Assembly: GCA_964016885.1 (NCBI GenBank)
Contig: OZ024744.1
Span: forward strand, 103,106,001 to 103,170,000
Length of the DNA stretch: 64,000 nucleotides
From: Eledone cirrhosa
Lineage: Eukaryota
Reading direction: 5' to 3'
Shown here: piece by piece, positions 52,729-63,624 of the stretch
Layout: every line of letters starts with the position of its first letter
Position numbering within the stretch: the first letter of the stretch is position 1
Notes under the pieces: generated by a model
What the model was told of the DNA's origin: nothing
Seen by the model: only the letters and a program-made list of their open reading frames with translations
The model's database searches: none
Made by a program: the position numbers and the translations under genes

Positions 52729-53210
52729 ATCATCATCATCATCATCATCATCACCGTTTTACGTCCGTTCTTCCACGCTAGCATGGGTTAGACGGGTTGT
52801 CCTGTTGTGGGCAGTGTCTGGTCGGCTGACCATGCCTTGCTCATACAGGAACTGATCTGGCTTGATTTCTACAGCTGGATGCCCTTCCTAACACCAACCT
52901 CATTTACAGTGAGTGCTGGGTGCTTTTTCGTGGCACCTACACGTCCACTTTACAGTGTGGGCTGGGTGCTTTTTTTGCCGTGGCACCTCCACGGCCACCT
53001 TGCGGTGGGGGGGGGGGGGGCATATTGTTTATATGCTTCAGCATGTACCCATGGGAGGTCGGGTACCCTGTATTACTGCGTGACGCCAGAAGTCACGGTC
53101 GTGTGTCATTGGGTCACGGTCGTGTGTCATTGAGTCACGGTCGTGTGTCATTGGGACACGGTCGTGTGTCATTGGGTCACGGTCGTGTGTCATTGAGTCA
53201 CGGTCGTGTG
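52729..53210 (-). mobile_element. Short 5'-truncated copy of the same RTE, inverted, with a 21-bp tandem array at its 5' junction
   Basis: 52729-53110 is the reverse complement of about 51370-51746, with two substitutions seen plus homopolymer length differences. GTCACGGTCGTGTGTCATTG(G/A) occurs about 5.7 times at 53092-53210. Confidence 0.93.
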
Positions 53211-53421
53211 ATATATATATATATTTATATATATATATATGCAAAAGTTTTATTTAAAATTGTTGGGTTACAACAAGTAAATATTTTATAACTGATATAA
53301 AGCACTCGACAAGTTTTTGGAGTAGATATACGATATTAAACACTACCAAACCAGCTTCCTACATAATGGTCGCTCATATTTATGGTACGTCAAAATTATT
53401 TATAAAACTGTTTATATATTG

Positions 53422-53487
53422 TATTTTATCTGACGAAGGCATGCCATATTTTTAATATGGTATCCCCGAAATATGTATAATAAAATA
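53422..53487 (+). ncRNA. Type I hammerhead ribozyme of the Penelope-associated minimal type
   Basis: UAUUUUAU-CUGACGA-A-GGCAUGCCAUAUU-UUU-AAUAUGGUAUCCC-C-GAAA-UAUGUA-UA-AUAAAAUA. Stem I is a perfect 8 bp, the core is intact, stem II is 13 bp with one mismatch and one G-U plus an A-C at its base, stem III is quasi-palindromic, and the triplet is AUA. Confidence 0.75.
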
Positions 53488-53527
53488 AATATGGTTTTAT
53501 AAATATAGTTTCCATTTGTTTAATATC

Positions 53528-53589
<62 letters not shown>

Positions 53590-53608
53590 ATGCATGTATG
53601 TATGTATG

Positions 53609-54815
53609 TTCTCTTTCTCTTAATATCGAGTACATTTTTGACCGGCCACCTTCCTGGTGGCAAGGTTGTAAAAGAAAAGAAATTGTCATCCCTTGAATTG
53701 CAAGAATGTTCTGCAAATTTTAAAGGTGCCAACCATTGCAGCCATTTCCATAGGGAGCTGTGCTCTTTGTCCACAAATCCAAGTTCAGTCATACTTTGGT
53801 TCAAGTGGGTTGGTATATAACCTGTAGCACTAATAATTGTTTCTACTTTTGGCACAAGGCCACCAATTATCTCAGTGTATTACTGGTACTTTATTTTATC
53901 GACCCCCGTAAGGATGAAAGGCAAAGTTAACATTGGCGGGATTTGAACTCAGACCATAAAGGGCGGTAACTCTTTACTGCAAAGCATGGCGTCCGACCCT
54001 CTACCGATACTGCCAATCAACTGATGGGTACGAAGCTGAATGTGTATCTTGGATACTGGATCTGCAAACTCCTCATCAATGGCCCTTAGATGTCCTCCTC
54101 CTGTATTTTTCTTACAATGTTGACATCAAGTGGGCAGCTGATCTCTACAACAGAGCACATCTTCAATGTGTGGTCCCAAACAACAATATCAGGCCAGTTG
54201 TGCTTCAATTTTGTGGCAGGTTTTATTTTCAGGTTCCACTAATATTCCTTAGTGCCATCTATCTCAACATATTCCTCCTCGTTTGTTTTAAATTTTGGTT
54301 TCCTAAGTGCATTCCAGATGGTTCTAGCTATGACATTGTGTCTCATAGGGAGGTAGTAACGAGATGACATTCTTTCACAGTTGGCAATAATGTGGTGAAC
54401 ATCTTCGATCTTTGTTTTACATAGCCTACATTTATTGTTGACTGATGGCCCTCCTCTTTTGTGTAGCAGATATTTGGTAGGGATTTCTTGTTCCTGTATT
54501 GCATAGAGATATCGTTCATAAACTTCTCAGAACTCGATGCCAGGGTTTTCGAATGAATTATTCCCTCTATGGTCTGTGGTTTTCGTCTCAGATACCCATG
54601 CACAACTTTCTTTGTAAATTGGTCTATTTTTTAATCTTGTTTGAGCATTGAATAGGATCTTCCAATGTCCCTGGGAGTGAGATTTATATCAGGCCTTCCA
54701 TTTTCTTCTCCAGATCAGTGGCTATCCTAATGATATTATTTCCTTCATGCTCATAAACCTGAGCAAGATGGTTGATGACCTTTTTCTTCTGTTGAAGATG
54801 TTGCTTCAGTGTTAC
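53609..54815 (-). mobile_element. Degenerate R4/Dong-like RLE retrotransposon 3' part, interrupted by a SINE
   Basis: Minus-strand remnants MHGYLRRK, CRLCKTKIEDVHHIIANCERMSSRYYLPMRHNVIA, PDIVVWD...CSVVEISCPLDVNI and ATGYIPTHL...LGF; SINE at 53832-54018. Confidence 0.8.
53832..54018 (-). mobile_element. SINE (family of 45536)
   Basis: Near full-length reverse complement of 45541-45720. Confidence 0.85.
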
Positions 54816-54825
54816 TATGTATGTA

Positions 54826-57550
54826 CGTATTGGATTCTAACACAAGACTCTCTCACATCAACTAGATAGATATGCATGCATGTCTGCGTGCATGCATGCA
54901 TGTGTGTGCAGGTATGGATGTTATTGTATGTGTGGATGTGGATGTTTTGAGTTGTATGTGTACATGTGCATATGTTTTGTATCTGTACATGTGTATATGC
55001 AGTTATTAGATGCAGAATTTCTGGAATGTTTTACATATTTTTACTGTTCCATTAATGGATTGTACTTCTAATTTCCTAACTAGTTGTGTTATATCTGTTT
55101 CTGTGAAGCCCAGCTTCTCAAGATTTGTATTGAGGCAGTTACTAACATATCTCAGTGACCCCAATAATCACAGGTATTAATCTGAAGGTATAGTGAGGGT
55201 GGTGTATCTGCAGATTTCTCATTAGTTCTGCATAGATATTCTCCTTTTCACTAATCTTTGATATTATATTGACATCTGCTGGACAGCTAACTTCCACTAC
55301 TGTGCATGTCTTCTTCTCCCTGTCCCATATCATTATGTCTGGTCTGTTATGCCTGCATTTTATTAGGCTTTTGACTGGAACATTCTACAAGTACTCTTTC
55401 ATATTATGAATATGTATGTCTTCCACATTGCAGTAAATTTTTAAGTGTTTATTATCAGGAGGCTATCTTTTCTATGGATTGCATTGTACAGTGTTTTGGC
55501 CACTACATCATGCCTCATAGGTAGATAGTACCGCGATGACATCTTTGGACAGCTGCTGATGACATAGGTGATACCTTCGATTTTAGTTCTGCAGAGTCTG
55601 CACTTGTTATCACATCTAGGTGTTTTGCCTGCATCCCTTTCTCTTTTGTCAATCAGGTATTTTATTGTTATTGCCTGTTCTTGGATTGCAAAAGCGTATC
55701 CTTCAAAGTGGGAGCCAATATAGCGGTTGTTGGTCCAAGATAGACTACTTTTTTTATCTATATTACTCTCGCTCTGGAGCCTCCTGTCAACATATCCATG
55801 CATGATTATTTGCTGATAAGCATGCAGTTTTTCATCGATGGAATCACTGCCGTATTGCTGGGCAATTTCCCTGGGTGTGAGAGTTTTTGATTATCATGCA
55901 GGGAGTATCTTTCGGGGTGTGATGAAAAATTCCTAATTAACAAAACTGCAATGTCCAACTCTCATGATCTTATCTGTCTCATGCAGACAGACATGTTCAA
56001 TAGATGGGCTCCTATGCTTGGAGTCTGGTAGATGTTGTCAGAGGGATATGATGTGACACTTGAATACTGTCTGGACTTATGTTAGCCCCCCCCCCCCCTC
56101 CCCGCTTACATTTCAAGAGGTGGTCTATGTCACTGGATGTGAAATTTTCTGGTTTTGTTTATGATTTTTGGGGCTTTAACATCAATTGCTCGGATTTCGT
56201 CTGTCGTTCAATCGAGTATTCCAAACGTTGGTGTTAGGACAGGCACAGCAATCACATTGTGTGTAGAGATTTCAGATGACCGTATTTTTCTTAATCAGGA
56301 GTAATATTCCCTGGTTACACATACCTTGTTACAGATTCCATTATAGGATATATTCTCACCTATCCCTGTAGCAGTCCTTGTAGGATATTGGCGAAACAGT
56401 TAGGTCATTGATAAAAATCTTGCTAGATTGGCTTGCTGTTTTTCTCCACTTTACAATCATATGTGAACCTTTATCCTTGCCAAACTCCATTCCTATATCC
56501 TTTGAGTATGTCATAACCAGGTCAAGGTTTCTCTTCATCCCATTTATGTTCTTGGCATAGAGTTTAAGGTCATCCACATAGAAATTATTTGTTAGGTTTG
56601 TATTTGTCATCATGTGAGCCAACTATATATCCTTCACATTTCTTGAGAAAGGACAAGGGGTTTAATGACAGGATAAATAATATCACAGAGAGACTGTCTC
56701 CTTGAAATATACCCCTGTGATATTCTATTTTATCAGTGAAAATTGAGTGCTCCTTCTCTGTCTTTAACTTTAGGATAGAACCCCAAGAAGAAGACAGCCT
56801 CTCTATGGCTCTGATAATAATGTCTGGGACTTTAGCAAGCCGGAGGGCCTCTATCATCCAAGAGTAGGGAACAGAATCAAATGCTTTCCTGTAGTCCAGC
56901 CAGACTGTAACCATATTTCTCCTAAGTTGCCGCACCTCTGACATTGCAGTTTTGTTAATTAGGAATTTTTCAGCACACCCCCAAATACCTTTCTTCCAAG
57001 CAGCTTGTTCATTTATGATGATGTCATTACTGTTGCAGTGATCTTGGAGGAATAGGTTCAGGCAGGCTGTATACATCTTATACATCAGGTTTTGGCATGC
57101 AATGGGTCGTTAGTTTTTTGCCAAGTGGGTGTCTTTGTTCTTGGGGACCAGTATTGTTTGTGCTAATGTCAACCATTCTGGTATAAGTGCATCTCCTTTG
57201 AAAGCTTGCTGGTTGAGGTTGATAAGATACATCTGATAGAATGTCAGATTTTTGTACCAGTAGCTGACAATCAATCTCTTCCTGGAGTTTTCCTATCACA
57301 GTCTCATTTATTTTGTATGTTTTTGTTGTAGTGTAGGAGCAATAGTTCTTTTGGATTTCTTTTAGCCACACTGCATCTTAGTTGAAATTCTTCTTTTCAC
57401 TACATATTTTTCTCCAGAAGGAATCTATGTCTTTCTGGGATGGGGCCTCAGTGACATTTATTACTTTGTCCTTCATATCTCTATAGACTGATATTTGGTT
57501 TTGTCTGAATCTTTTATGAACTACTTTTCTTTCAGCTACCTTCTTCTGGT
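54826..57550 (-). mobile_element. R4/Dong-like non-LTR retrotransposon (RT + CCHC + restriction-like endonuclease), decayed and 5'-truncated
   Basis: RT motifs WLDYRKAFDSVPYSW, RGIFQGDSLS and FYVDDLKLY; zinc-knuckle region CRLC...ISSC...RHD; RLE motif HNRPDIMIWD...VVEVSCP...K..EK..IY; several frameshifts. Confidence 0.9.
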
Positions 57551-57699
57551 ATGTTGGTATGTTAAAAAAATTAGAAAGGTTCTATAATTAATAAAACTTA
57601 CACCATATAGTTCCTGGTAGATTCATTGTTATTAACCGTGTGCCTGGAAAAACAAAAAAAATGACGAAAAAATACTTTCAAATCAACATTTATATAATA

Positions 57700-57903
57700 T
57701 TCGTTTCTGATTTAGGTACAAGGCCAACAATTTTTGGGGGAGAAAAAGTCGATTAAATCAACCCCAGTGCATTACTGGTGCTTTATTTTATCAACCCCGT
57801 ATGGATGAAAGGCAAAGTTAACCAGGATTTGAACTCAGATCATAAAAGTCCGTAACTTTATGCCATAAAGCATATTGTCTGATGTTTCACTGATACTGCC
57901 AAT
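57700..57903 (-). mobile_element. SINE (relative of the 45536 family)
   Basis: ACTGGTGCTTTATTTTATCAACCCCGTATGGATGAAAGGCAAAGTTAACCAGGATTTGAACTCAG...GATACTGCCAAT. Confidence 0.8.
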
Positions 57904-58151
57904 CCATATATTATATTAGCAAAAGTATATGGTGATGTCTGGGTTTTGTATCCATAGTTAATAAGATCAGATTTTAGAGAGAACTGGCTGGTATATCAAG
58001 CATATCTACTTACCAGTTGTGTATAGCAATGACAACATCATATAGATGTAAGTATGAAGTTCAAAAAGGAGATTATTGTGTTAGAGATCACCAAACTAAA
58101 AGTAGTAACCAACTCTTCCTCAAATTACACACCAGCCTATATTTATAAATG

Positions 58152-58748
58152 TATGGAGTGGTCACCTTGCCAGGATGGAGGATTCTAGGATACCAAAACA
58201 ACTTTTTTATGGAGAGTTAGTTAAAGGAAAACGACCTCCGCCTAAACTCAAAAAGAGGTATAAGGACTTATTGAATGCCTCCTTGAAAGACGCTAACATC
58301 TCTCCTGATACATGGGAAAGCATAGCTGCTGATCTTAATAAATGGAGAAGGACTGTACATGAGGGGAAAGTTGCTTTTGAGGCATCTTCAATCGCATACG
58401 AGAAAGTAGATAGGGATGTCAGCAAAGGTCCTCCTATGGAGCTGACATGTGGTGTTTGTGCAAGGGTCTGCCTCAGCAAAGCTGGACTCAAAAGTCATCT
58501 TTGCAGTCATAAAGTGAGACCACTGGTTGATTACCAGGCTGCTGTTGGAGTTGCTACTCATTATACCTATCAAGCATGTGGTAGAGAGTGTAGATCAGCA
58601 AGAAGGTTCAAACGACATGCAAAAGTAGATGATGAACAACCAGTCAGCTATTGCCAGTGAATGTTTTTATCGTGGTTGTCATCTCTGTGCAAGCCATTTT
58701 AGATCATTGGCTGGGCTAAAAAGCCACATTCGATCGCCGCACCCTTAA
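58152..58748 (+). mobile_element. RTE (BovB-like) LINE 3' fragment ending in three C2H2-like zinc fingers
   Basis: WSGHLARMEDSRIPKQLFYGEL..GKR....KKRYKD (typical RTE C-terminus), then CGVCARVCLSKAGLKSHLCSH, YQACGRECRSARRFKRHAKV and CHLCASHFRSLAGLKSHIRSPH. Confidence 0.8.
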
Positions 58749-58767
58749 TTATTAGTATATATATAGA

Positions 58768-59128
58768 GGCACAGGGAGGCACATGGCTTAGTGGTTAGAG
58801 CATTGGCCTTGCAATCGAAAGGTTGTGAGTTCAATTCTCAGACCGGGTGATGTGTTGTTTCCTTGAGCAAGACACTTTATTTCACATTGCTCCAGTTTAC
58901 TCAGCTGTAGAAATGAGATGATAGGGACTGGGGTCCCTATCATTCCACTGTAAAGTGGTTGTGCAGGTGCCACGGCAAAAAAAGCACCCATCACTCACTG
59001 TAAATGAGGTTGGTGTTAGGAAGGGCATCCAGCTGTAGAAATCAAGCCGGAATCAGTTCCCGTCCCACCCTTGCAAGCAGGGAAAAAGCGGACGTAAAAT
59101 GAAATGATGATGAAATGAAATGATGATA
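58768..59128 (+). mobile_element. CORE-type SINE with RTE-derived 3' tail (tail type B)
   Basis: tRNA-like head TGGCTTAGTGGTTAGAGC...GAGTTCAATTCTC; centre CCTTGAGCAAGACACTTTATTTCACATTGCTCCAGTTTACTCAGCTGTAGAAATG resembles the MIR CORE (CCTTGGGCAAGTTACTTAAC...CAGTTTCCTCATCTGTAAAATG); 58946-59100 matches the RTE 3' UTR at 51520-51720. Confidence 0.9.
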
Positions 59129-59170
59129 TACTGTCTAAATCCATGCTAGCGTGGAAGATAGACGTTAAAC

Positions 59171-59203
<33 letters not shown>

Positions 59204-59309
59204 ATATATTTTTATCATGTGATGGCCATACTTGATAGTAAGGGAGCAGCCATCATATATGTATGTATGTATGTGTGTTAGCATGTGTTTGTACATGTAT
59301 GTATGTGTG

Positions 59310-59630
59310 AAGGTGTGTGACTTTGTGGTTAGGTTATTCGGCTCATGGTTGTAAGGTTGTGAGTTCAATTCCCAGAGATGCATTGTGTCCTTAAGCAAGA
59401 CACTTTATTTCATGCTGCTCCAATCCACTCAGCTGGCAAAAATGAATTGTACCTGTTATTTAAATGGCCAGTCTTGTCACATTCTGTATCAAAACTGAAT
59501 CTCCTGAGAACTACCTGACGGTTATGATTATCTGTAGAATGCTCAGCCACTTGCATGTTAATTTTATGAGCTGACTGTTCCATTGATCATATCATATGGA
59601 TCATTCATCTCATAACTGACAGGGTGCCAG
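59310..59630 (+). mobile_element. CORE-type SINE, tail type C
   Basis: Same head and CORE (GTGAGTTCAATTCCC...GTCCTTAAGCAAGACACTTTATTTCATGCTGCTCCAATCCACTCAGCTG), unrelated 3' region. Confidence 0.75.
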
Positions 59631-59654
59631 ATTATTTGTATGTATGTATGTATT

Positions 59655-59770
59655 GGTAACATGTAACCCAGTACAAGCTGTTGCATGGTGAGGTCGTTGG
59701 CAACTAAACTAGCAAGCCCACTAATCAAGCTTTGTGAAGGGGGTGATTTTTTGGACATCCTGTGGGAGGA
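59655..59770 (-). mobile_element. R4/Dong-like 3' UTR fragment
   Basis: TAACATGTAACCCAGTACAA...ACTAAAC...GGGTGATTTT matches 63648-63745, which adjoins R4-like coding remnants; preceded by (TATG)n. Confidence 0.6.
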
Positions 59771-59834
59771 AAAACAAAACCCTTCAAAGGACAGAGGAAC
59801 TCATAAGTATCAACAGATTTCCAAAAGTTTACTT

Positions 59835-60480
59835 GGAAAGAGAAACCTCAGACTCCTAATGAAAATATTGTATGGAGAACTGTTGAGAGCCTGCAGTGCA
59901 AGACACACAAGTGCTTTAAGGACTGCCTGAAGGATAATCTGAAGAACATCAATAATCAATACCGAAACATGGGAAAATCTTGCAGCAGACAGAGCCCAGT
60001 GGCAAAATCTTATTGTTACCAGTATTGTGGAATTTGAAAAGAAGCAGAGGACCTAAACTTAAGTCAGAAAGCAGCTAAATATATGGGGGTTGTTAGTCTG
60101 CTCCCAGAATGAGGTTCAAAAGTAATTTTTACCTGTGAGTCATGCAGACATGTATGTCAAAAGTAGGGCTACTAAACTATAGCTGATGTGATACTCATGG
60201 AAATAACATCTTTGAGTACCCCATACACCTTAGTTTTGCATGTGGCATCAGTATTTAGGTGTGTTACTCTGCTAATCGACTAACACAGCAACACAAATCA
60301 TGTGATACCTAGCAAACTGAAGCAGGCAGGAAACTTACCTTCACACTGTGTGTTATGGCATGAAAGTCACTACTTGGTTTGGTGAGCCATCTAAGGTGGC
60401 ATCAACAACATCAATGACATATTTTTGTCAATGTCAGTTTTTCCTCAAAGAAGTGGCCATAATTGGACATTAGTTAAATT
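59835..60480 (+). mobile_element. Very degenerate zinc-finger RTE 3' fragment
   Basis: Remnants KILYGEL, TWENLAADRAQW, CESCRHVC and SLLGLVSHLRWH are colinear with 58152-58748. Confidence 0.6.
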
Positions 60481-61099
60481 CCACTATATATGTATATGTA
60501 TGTGTGTATGATATATGTATGCATGCATATGTATGTGTATGTGTGTATATATGTTTGGATTCATGTTGGTATGAAGAACATCTAATCCTTGTTAGGACAT
60601 TCTTCTTGGAGCAGGAAAACCCTGATGTAAAAGCAATGAGCTGATGACAGCTAATGATGTTGACCAGTTCCTTCTTTTTTGATGCCCTTCACTGATGTTC
60701 AGAGAGTGGGATTAACCTGGAACAAGCCCTTTCTTCACTTAAAATTGCATCATTTCATGTGTGTTGTGTGAGCATGGAATTTTCTATTTTCTTTTACTGC
60801 AGCATATGCAGAGAGGAATCTAAGACATTGTTAGGACTAAAATGTCATGCAATGTCACTCATGTATGAGAAAAGTGTCACGGGACGGCAATTCTTGATAT
60901 TGAGATGCAGCCAATTTATGTATGTAGGTGGATATATGTATTATACAAATCATCATCATCTTTATCATTACCATCATGATTTTCTTCTTTCCTTGCAAGG
61001 TAGATATTGGCTAACATAGATCAAATCATATTCAATAGCCTTCCAATGTACAACCAGGATATATAGATATAAACATGTCTCACACACACCTTATATAAC

Positions 61100-61280
61100 T
61101 TTCATTTTTCCACACTAGCATGGGTTTGGTGAGTTGTTCTTTTGTGAGCAATCCAGGTCAGATGACCATATCTTGCTTGGTTTCTACAGCTGCATGCACT
61201 TACTTATGCCAACCACGTTTACTGTGAATGCTGGGAGTTTTTTGCCGGGTCACCTAAACGACCACATTACAATGTGGACT
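61100..61280 (-). mobile_element. Degenerate RTE/SINE 3' tail
   Basis: TTCCACACTAGCATGGGTT...TTTCTACAGCTGCATGCACTTACTTATGCCAACC is similar to 52770-52900. Confidence 0.65.
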
Positions 61281-61285
61281 GGGTA

Positions 61286-61625
61286 TTCATTCATTCATTT
61301 CATTTTACGTCCACTTTATCTCTGCTTGCAAGGATGAGACAGGAATTGATTATGGCTTGATTTCTACAGCTGGATGCCCTTCCTAACACCAACTTCATTT
61401 ACAATCAGTGCTGGGTGCTTTTTTGCCATAGCACCTCCATGACCACTTTGCAGTGGAATGATAGGGAGTAAACTGGAGTAAACTGGAGTAAACAGCTGAG
61501 TAAACTGGAGCAATGTAAAATAAAGTGTCTTGCTCAAGGAAACAAGACATTACCCGGTCTGAGAATTGAACTCGCAACCTTTCGATAGCAAGGCCAATGC
61601 TCTAACCACTAAGCCATGTACCTCC
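61286..61625 (-). mobile_element. CORE-type SINE with RTE tail (inverted relative of 58768)
   Basis: Reverse complement of 58775-59110, with an internal GGAGTAAACT x3 duplication at about 61465-61495. Confidence 0.88.
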
Positions 61626-62657
61626 ATCATATATACACATATATATGCCAAATATATATATGCATGAGTCACATATACATATGTATGTAGGTACATATGT
61701 ATGTAGATAATCTTCATCATCTAACTTTTGTTTTACCTGCTTTCAAAGTGTTTGATGAATCATCATGGACCAAGTCAGCACTGAGGTGCAGCTTCTTTTC
61801 TTTAAGATGGGCTCAGAGCCTTTATATTCTTTATATCCAATACTACATGCTGTCTTGTGCTTAGATAGACTAGTGGCCAATATTCCCATTTTATATGTAT
61901 CTGTATTGACCACAGTACTATGGATATTGTCCTATACACATGTCATACGTAGTGGGATATGACTAGGTACTGAATAGAACAGGCATGAATGTATTTACTG
62001 CAATGAAAGAAGCTACTAAGCTGTGATAGTGGAGGAAGGCATGAATGAAGTTGAGAGATATAGTGAAGGCATTGATATCTACTAAGTGGACAGATTGATA
62101 TATGTACATCTTTCTACCTGTCAGTCTATCTATCTCATCATCATCATGGCTTGACATTGCAAATGAAGATTATGAAGCAGGTGGTCCACGTTGACTCTGA
62201 GATCACTCATGGTTGTACAGACAAATGTGGGACAGGCAGGCACAGCTACAGCGGATACATCTATATATCTTCTCAGGGTTTAATAAATTGGTATTGAGGT
62301 TTACCCTTGTGTCTTTTGTCCTTAAGGGTGGCCCTGTGGGTTTTTTAAAGGTGAGGAAAGCATGGTTGATGGGTGGGATTCCATTTGTCATGGTTCTTAG
62401 CTAGGGTGGACCACTGACGATGGTCCATGTGATTCTATATATATATGTGTGATGGTGTAATAATAAAAGATAGGTTCTTAAATGTAACTTAATAAAAGAA
62501 GGTTCTTGAATGTAACTTACTGTTTTCAATTCTTGGTGGTTTGGTTGCCACTTGATCTCTGCCTGTAAACCATCCACCTAAATAAAGAAAATAATATCAA
62601 ATCTACATATATAAACCTGTGATATTAACAGATAATGATGTGTGATGTCAGTGAAAG

Positions 62658-62768
62658 TTGGCTGCTATTTCTAGCATATTTAGTTACTAGGTAGGTCTAG
62701 CATTGATTTCAAACAGAATTGGCTGCTATTTCTAGCATATTTAGTTACCAGATAGGTCTAGCATTGAG
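62658..62768. repeat. Direct duplication of about 49 bp
   Basis: TTGGCTGCTATTTCTAGCATATTTAGTTAC..G.TAGGTCTAGCATTGA at 62658 and 62720. Confidence 0.85.
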
Positions 62769-62898
62769 GTCTTCATATAGATTTTAGTATGAAACACATA
62801 AGGAAGATGTTTGTGTTGTAGATCACTCTCCTTCAAATTACACATTACCAACTTATGTATGTATGTATGTATGTATGTATGTATGTAGTTATGTATGT

Positions 62899-63307
62899 TC
62901 TTTTGGTTTTATAATTTCACACATTTTTACCAATAGAGAGAGAGAGAGTCGGTTTCTAACATAGACACACGACTCTCATTGTAATTTACACAACATCAAC
63001 AAAGTAGATTATGTATGCATGGATGCATGTGTAGATATGGATGTTATTGTATGTGTGGATGTGGATGTTTTGAGTTGTATCTCTGCATATGTATATGCTT
63101 TGTATCTGTACATGTATATATGCAGTTATTAGAGGCAAACATTTTTGGAAGTTTTACATATTTTTACTGTTCCATTAATGGATTGTACTTGAAATTTCCT
63201 AACTAGTTGTGTTCTTTCTGTTCATGTGAAGCCCAGCTTCTCAAGATTTGTATTGAGGCAGTTACTAACATACCCCAGTGCCCCAATAATCACAGGCATA
63301 AATCTGA
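62899..63307 (-). mobile_element. Short 5'-truncated R4/Dong-like copy with 14-bp TSD inside (TATG)n
   Basis: 62950-63307 is colinear with 54833-55185; TSD GTAGTTATGTATGT at 62885-62898 and 63308-63321. Confidence 0.85.
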
Positions 63308-63337
63308 GTAGTTATGTATGTATGTATGTATGTATGT

Positions 63338-63610
63338 GGGACTGGCTTTGTGCAGTGCCTTTTCCTCACTATAAAAGCTTCACGGCACAGCCATTGCTTT
63401 ATATCTGGAGATCTCTCTGCACTTGTCGTCACATGGTACCATGGGCCCAGCACTATGTGTCAGTAATTGTCACAAGTGTAGAGTTTGTACCAGAGCTTTC
63501 AAGTCGCTGGCTGGCTTAAAAAGTCACACTCGTTCAGCGCATCAGTAGGGGTTCTCCTACATGGATATAAAGTAGTGGCCTTACTCGAAAAACGAGTTGG
63601 CAGCCACGAT
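63338..63610 (+). mobile_element. Zinc-finger RTE 3' fragment
   Basis: HKCRVCTRAFKSLAGLKSHTRSAHQ* matches the last finger at 58675-58748; a short UTR is followed by (TGTA)n. Confidence 0.7.
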
Positions 63611-63624
63611 GTATGTATGTATGT

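Noticed and set aside
58783-58850. tRNA gene
   Set aside because: A/B-box-like head without a complete cloverleaf, continuing directly into CORE and tail; it is a SINE head.
61690-62400. Possible old LINE remnants or host exons
   Set aside because: Too degenerate to assign by eye; no convincing motifs or splice structure.
62407-62428. TGGACCA-CTGACGA-TGGTCCA hairpin around a hammerhead-like CUGACGA
   Set aside because: No downstream GAAA or stem III, so it cannot form a hammerhead.
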